Shown here: piece by piece, positions 59,245 through 64,000 of the stretch
Layout: every line of letters begins with the position of its first letter
Position numbering within the stretch: position 1 is the first letter of the stretch
Assembly: GCA_013115125.1 (NCBI GenBank)
Contig: JABANN010000105.1
Span: 1 to 64,000 of the forward strand
Source: Perkinsus olseni
Lineage: Eukaryota
Length of the DNA stretch: 64,000 bases
Direction of reading: 5' to 3'
Notes under the pieces: generated by a model
The model's database searches: none
Seen by the model: the letters and a program-made list of their open reading frames with translations, nothing else
What the model was told of the DNA's origin: nothing
Program-made: the position numbers and the translations under genes

Positions 59245-60929
59245 ACGAAGTGGTACACTGCAGGGCCACAGAGACGATAGACTCAAATTAGTGTGGGTTC
59301 TCATCAAGATACTCGACAGGAAATGAGGTCTTCACGCACAGTCACAGTCAATACATTACAGACAGTTGCACATTGCATTGCTGCACGCGATGTGTGTTCC
59401 TAATAATTCGGGGCCTGGTGTCCCTTTTTTAGCATCGCTGCACGTTGTCCCACTCATTGTCTCCTGATGCTCCCCCTGTCAATGTCTCTTTTTGCTGCAA
59501 CGGATATCGTGGTTTACAAGTCGTGACCTTTCTTACCTCTAAGCTAGCCTTCTTTCACCGTTTTTATCGCTGGTTCACCCAGCGGTACCCAGCGGTACCC
59601 AGCATTATCCAGATGGTAATGATATTCAGCGTTTTTGATTGATGCGCAAATGTGGCGCACAGGTCCACGCGTGCGAGTTGGCCCATAAAATGTGACGCGA
59701 TCGATCACTGTGTAGGAGAAAATCGGCCTGACTTGAGCGTTCGTTCCTTTCTTTGCCTCGCACCTTTACAATTGTCCAGTTGAACATTGATAATACTCAT
59801 CATGCGTAGGCCACGCAGTGTGGCTTCGCACTACGCTCGCCAATAGTTACGCTAGAAGTCCTAGCCTAGCACTAGCTTCGTAGGGAATGCATAGCGTTAT
59901 TGGCGTGACGTCGAGTTCAGCGACGGCCTAAGGTGCTGCATACTGCCTATAGCGCCGACCTTCTCAGGAGGTCCTTGTGTCCAGTTGCCCGCTTCGAGTG
60001 GCAACTCACTGCTGTGTACATTACGTGCGGTTAGCCTTCCTTTCCACGGACTTTTTCCTAAGTCTCCTAGTAGTGAGGCGGACTGGTGCACTCCCGATGG
60101 TAGCGCAAATCGTGTTCTGGAGCCAAAAAGACTCCAGTCCCAATTGGTGACTGCGAAGAAGAGGCGTTTTTCGTTGATCGAAGGATCCGGACGCCTTCGA
60201 CCGGCACGGCATTTTCCAGCGCGGGACATGAGTTAGTCCACGACATGCATCATCACCGAGGGCGTCTTTCACAGCGGAATAGCATTAGCGAAATGGTCAG
60301 CGATGCAGGCTTCGATGGCCGCGCAAGTGACCTCGGAATCGCTGGTCAACATGGCATGAATGGACCTTGAAAACCGTAATCGGTGGAACTACGATGATGA
60401 GAAACGCCTGAACTTCGATGACTCTAGGAAGTCCAGGGAGTACTGAGTCTTGGTAGACCGTGGCTTGTATTTCAATGTTGAACGATAGTTCGGTTGAAGT
60501 TTGCAGAGTGACTAACAAAGTGTGAATCCCGAGGAGTGGCCGCGGCTACGGTAGCGGCCACCCCCAATTAGCTGACTCGGCGCTAATGGACATTGAGTCT
60601 GGCAATCTAAGTGATATTCTAGAGAGTTGTGATCGGCAAATTCTCTTCACGGTGACGAGAATTTGTTTTTGTGGGTGACGGCGTCACTTATGTAAGGAGA
60701 GAGGCTATAAAGGGTTTGAAACTGCTCCGGTGCCCCAACACTATTAAACCAAGCACACATCGCTCGACTCAACTCGAGTTGACTTAACCAGTTATGTGCT
60801 GAGCTGCTCAGCCTGAGCAAAAAAGGATAGCGTATGATGAATCTAGATAACCCTGCTTCTCGTTGTTGTTGACCGGATTCCATATCCTTCTCATCGGGAG
60901 TACTGACGGCCTCGGTTGTCTACATGAGG

Positions 60930-61326
60930 TTACGGTGGAAAGGGCTCAGCAGATGGCCTAAGAACGATATGACGACCATGGTATAGTATAGTAAAGGTAT
61001 TTTCAAAGGGGTCGTAGGGGATGTTCTCCCAGTCCTCGACCTTGAGATCGAACTTGCTCGCGAAAGCTGTGAAGTTCTTATTAGATGTGTCGAGGTGCAA
61101 CAGGAGTCCGCAATGGTCCGCCTTCCAAGGAATGATACCGCTAAAGTAAAATTGGGAATGGCCATCGACTTTCCGGGGTGACCGTCAACGCGTCGAGAAT
61201 ACCATCAGGACTGAAGTACCACGCAGTTCTGAACTCAGGGGCCTTGCTGACGTAGAGCTTACTCGGGGGAAAGGCCGCCACCTCATGCAGGAAGGCCAGC
61301 AGCCACGGGGTGATAAGGTGGCACAT
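60930..61326 (-). pseudogene. Tandem family member 4 with a +1 frameshift (or a homopolymer sequencing error)
   Basis: An extra T in ATTTTAC (~61150). Removing it restores IYFSGIIPWK..VEDWENIPY..EPFPP*, colinear with member 3. Confidence 0.75.
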
Positions 61327-61769
61327 ACGAAGCGGTACACTGCAGAGCCACAGAGACGATTAACTCATTCTAGCCCCAGGACTGACTCAATTCCACGCAA
61401 TCATCGCGGCGACTCCTTGCATCCCTGAGTTGTACTCAGCGGACGTAGGCTACGCAGCGTAGCTATTTACTAGCTTTCCGCTAGCCTCGTCATGATCATT
61501 CTTGTGCGCGTACCGTGGTGGACGTGGAGCCACGCGATTCTCGTCACCACAGGACAGAGAGAAGCCGCCGTCAACTTGCACCACCCGACCATTTTTTCTG
61601 AACATTAATGTCGATTCCGGACGAGCGGACCCGAAAAAATCTGATTACACAAAAAACTGATTATGCTGTGTACCAGCAGCAAATAAGTGCGTAAGACGTT
61701 GGTTCTTTCTTGGTTGATAATGTTTCTCGAATATTGAAGTATAGGGGAGAATGTCACATCACCATATCC

Positions 61770-61892
61770 ATCGGTATCCTTACGCAGACCATTCTTCTTG
61801 GCATCCAAGTCGGCCCTTCCAGTTGACCTCGTCGAGCCCTGCGACGACGGCGGAAACTCAGGCCCTGATGGCCTTTTTACTATGCTCAACAC
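61770..61892 (-). pseudogene. Fragment related to the 62075-62839 gene
   Basis: STGRADLDAKKNG vs ITGRANLDAEQDG. Confidence 0.35.
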
Positions 61893-62074
61893 AACACCAC
61901 TGCGTGGCTTGAGAGGCAGAGCTTTATTTTCTCAAACCTCAACGAAACAGTTTTGACGAATGGATTCTCTGGGTGAGCCAGGGGAACGTGACAATGAAGC
62001 CGAATACTACAGTGCGAAGTAACTCAGCCGGGGTCGCACTGTTGAGTACTCACTGACTACTACTTGGGTATAGA

Positions 62075-62839
62075 TCAGCCATACAGTGTACCATTAGCGA
62101 CAACGCGAGCGACTTGGAAATGTTTGCCATTGTCTAACTGGCCTCTCGCACCAAAATAAATTTCATGGCTCCATCCTAGTTCCACTTTTGTTATGGTCAC
62201 TGCCTGCTCGGTGTTCACTTTCACTTTATTAGTGCTGCCTTCGACCGGATTATCAAAGTGCAGGTCCAGTTGCTCACTGAAGGCCCAACCCTCTATATCG
62301 TACCCTCTGTTGCTCGCTCTCTCTCCGCCGGGGAAGCAGACAAATACTCTGGATGGGACCTTGATCCCGTCGATTCTACTCCCCAAACCGCGATAGACAT
62401 CGGTGCCGCCCGGATTCCACCAGAGGTATACCCCATCTTGTTCGGCATCCAAGTTTGCCCGGCCTGTGATACTCAGAGTACTTAGGCGATGGGGCGCGAA
62501 CTGATGAACAATGAACGTACTGAACTTGATTCTCATGTCGCCGTAGCGTCCAGGCATGTCAGTCCTGATAATGATGCCGGTGCTCTCTTGGTAGAGTCCA
62601 AACTCACCATAACCCCTCATGTTGTAGATGCAGGCGCCCTCCTGCAAGTTAATATCGCCTCCACCCTTCGCCGGACCGGGCCCTCCGTTGCAACCCTTCG
62701 GATAATCAGCAGTAACAAGCACAGGCGGTTTAGGCGGAGGAGACGTGCGAGGGCGATGAACGGGATGAGCAACATGCTTGGCATCACTAACCATCACCAT
62801 TTGCATAATGTAGAACAAGAAGAGCCCGCGGTGAGGCAT
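62075..62839 (-). CDS. Intronless putative secreted protein, lineage-specific
   Basis: 254-aa ORF with a signal-like N-terminus, a Pro-rich linker and a beta-rich domain starting DYPKGC. Confidence 0.7.
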   Translation of the reverse strand: MPHRGLFLFYIMQMVMVSDAKHVAHPVHRPRTSPPPKPPVLVTADYPKGCNGGPGPAKGGGDINLQEGACIYNMRGYGEFGLYQESTGIIIRTDMPGRYGDMRIKFSTFIVHQFAPHRLSTLSITGRANLDAEQDGVYLWWNPGGTDVYRGLGSRIDGIKVPSRVFVCFPGGERASNRGYDIEGWAFSEQLDLHFDNPVEGSTNKVKVNTEQAVTITKVELGWSHEIYFGARGQLDNGKHFQVARVVANGTLYG

Positions 62840-63588
62840 GTTGGAGCTAAGCCTCTAGAAGTGTAAGTCGGGAACTAAATTTGTTCGACTAATGCCAATA
62901 CAGATTGTCTGCCTGGGATCACCCGATTGGGATAGATAGTTGTGTCTTGCGTTACGGCAGGAACGAATCGCTGACCCGTTTTTGCTGCCGGCCACTAGCT
63001 CACCAGTGCTCAGCTAGTGAGTCACTAGGTGACTCACTAGATGACTCACTAGCTCACTTGTGATGGCCCATCACCGCATGGACCACCTGCCTGCCATCAC
63101 CTGCTCGTACGCTACTCGACCAATAGCACGCATGATAAGTATCCGTGTGTTCGTGTCAAGCGTTGTTACGTATGCTTAGCTATGCGTAGCGGCTGGTTCT
63201 CGGCTGTTCCGGTAGTTTTACTAAGCGTATGAAGTTGGAATAGAAATTTCAATTAGATCCCCGAAAATCTGTCCCTGGTTTCAGAAAGTTATCGAACTCT
63301 TAATGAATAACTCAGAACTTTGAAAAAGCGTTCCGACCGGTGATATCTGCATCAAATCCAGTTACTAAGTTATACATGTTAGATGCAGGCCAATTCCCTG
63401 ATTTTCGCTTTGGGATTTTCTGTTGCTTGAGTCACAGTATTGAAGGCGAACAGTGACAGCTGCGGTGCCGATGCCAACTTTGTAGTTGAGCATTTGAAGG
63501 CACTCAAATTCAGCTTCTCCATTCAGCGGAATTAGTTGTGTTGGGTAGGCTCAGTGTATAGTATGCCGCTTGTCGAGAATTGGCAGTG

Positions 63589-63860
63589 TGCATTATAGCT
63601 TTTAGTCTATAACTCGGTATGGTATGGCTATTTGAGACGGGGCTCAAAGAAAGGTGAGATTGGACTTGAGGGGAGCTAAGCAATACTGTGATCTACAGCT
63701 TATCAGCCTAAACTTAGTGTGACACGTATACTCATGCACGCGAGTGCCAAGTGCAGAATGATATTGGATACTGGTAGTAAGTAAGCAGCAGCGATGGTTC
63801 TCACTATAGTGCGCAAGGTGGGTGAGCGGCAGCAATGAAGGTGGTTGGCACTATATTGCA
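63589..63860 (+). mobile_element. TGCA element, degenerate copy
   Basis: CTATAACTCGGTATGGTATGGCTATTTGAGACGGGGCTCAAAGAAAGGT...CACTATATTGCA. Confidence 0.75.
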
Positions 63861-64000
63861 AAGGCCATTGGAAGAAAAGAGGGCCTCATTGGGCGTCGCT
63901 CCAAAATGCAGCAACCGAATCTACAGTACTTGCGTTCTGCTAGCGCGAAATACTGAGCGATGCTGTCATCTGTCCGGTCGTGCGTGCTGATGATAACTCG

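Noticed and set aside
59897..60518. Possible decayed gene on the minus strand
   Set aside because: Multiple stops and no homologue in the window to anchor a frame.
60544..60552. ACCGTAGCC on the minus strand, matching the start of the dinoflagellate/Perkinsus spliced leader
   Set aside because: The match stops after 9 nt; the rest of the SL exon and the donor GT are absent.
1..64000. CRISPR arrays, rRNA, prokaryotic operons, recoded stop codons
   Set aside because: No regularly spaced repeat-spacer array or rRNA-like sequence. Intact genes use the standard code, and in-frame stops occur only in copies that also carry frameshifts.

Overview
Eukaryotic, gene-dense DNA with many ~40-50 nt GT-AG and GC-AG introns plus some long introns. 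Gene content and architecture suggest an alveolate of the Perkinsus type (inference). Housekeeping blocks: a La-motif protein, a large CBM20-TPS-TPP trehalose-phosphate synthase-like gene, JmjC(JMJD7-like)-SAM, a double cNMP-binding protein, RRM-LOTUS, TMEM42-like, mitochondrial-type thioredoxin, SpoU/TrmH methyltransferase, an NCKX-like exchanger and an RRM-like protein. Two accessory blocks (about 12.3-30.4 kb and 54.8-64 kb) hold tandem paralogues, secreted-protein families, pseudogenes and at least four small mobile-element families. Best leads: a prohormone-shaped Cys-rich secreted peptide family; a ~290 bp TGCA...TGCA element with 4-bp TSDs; a strongly over-represented GCGGAGCGAAG(C) motif in long introns and gene-upstream regions; a probable TPS pseudoenzyme with a starch-binding module; and a tail-less, hairpin-ended retroelement fragment with a 13-bp TSD. 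Exon structures were derived by eye; multi-exon CDS coordinates are gene spans.
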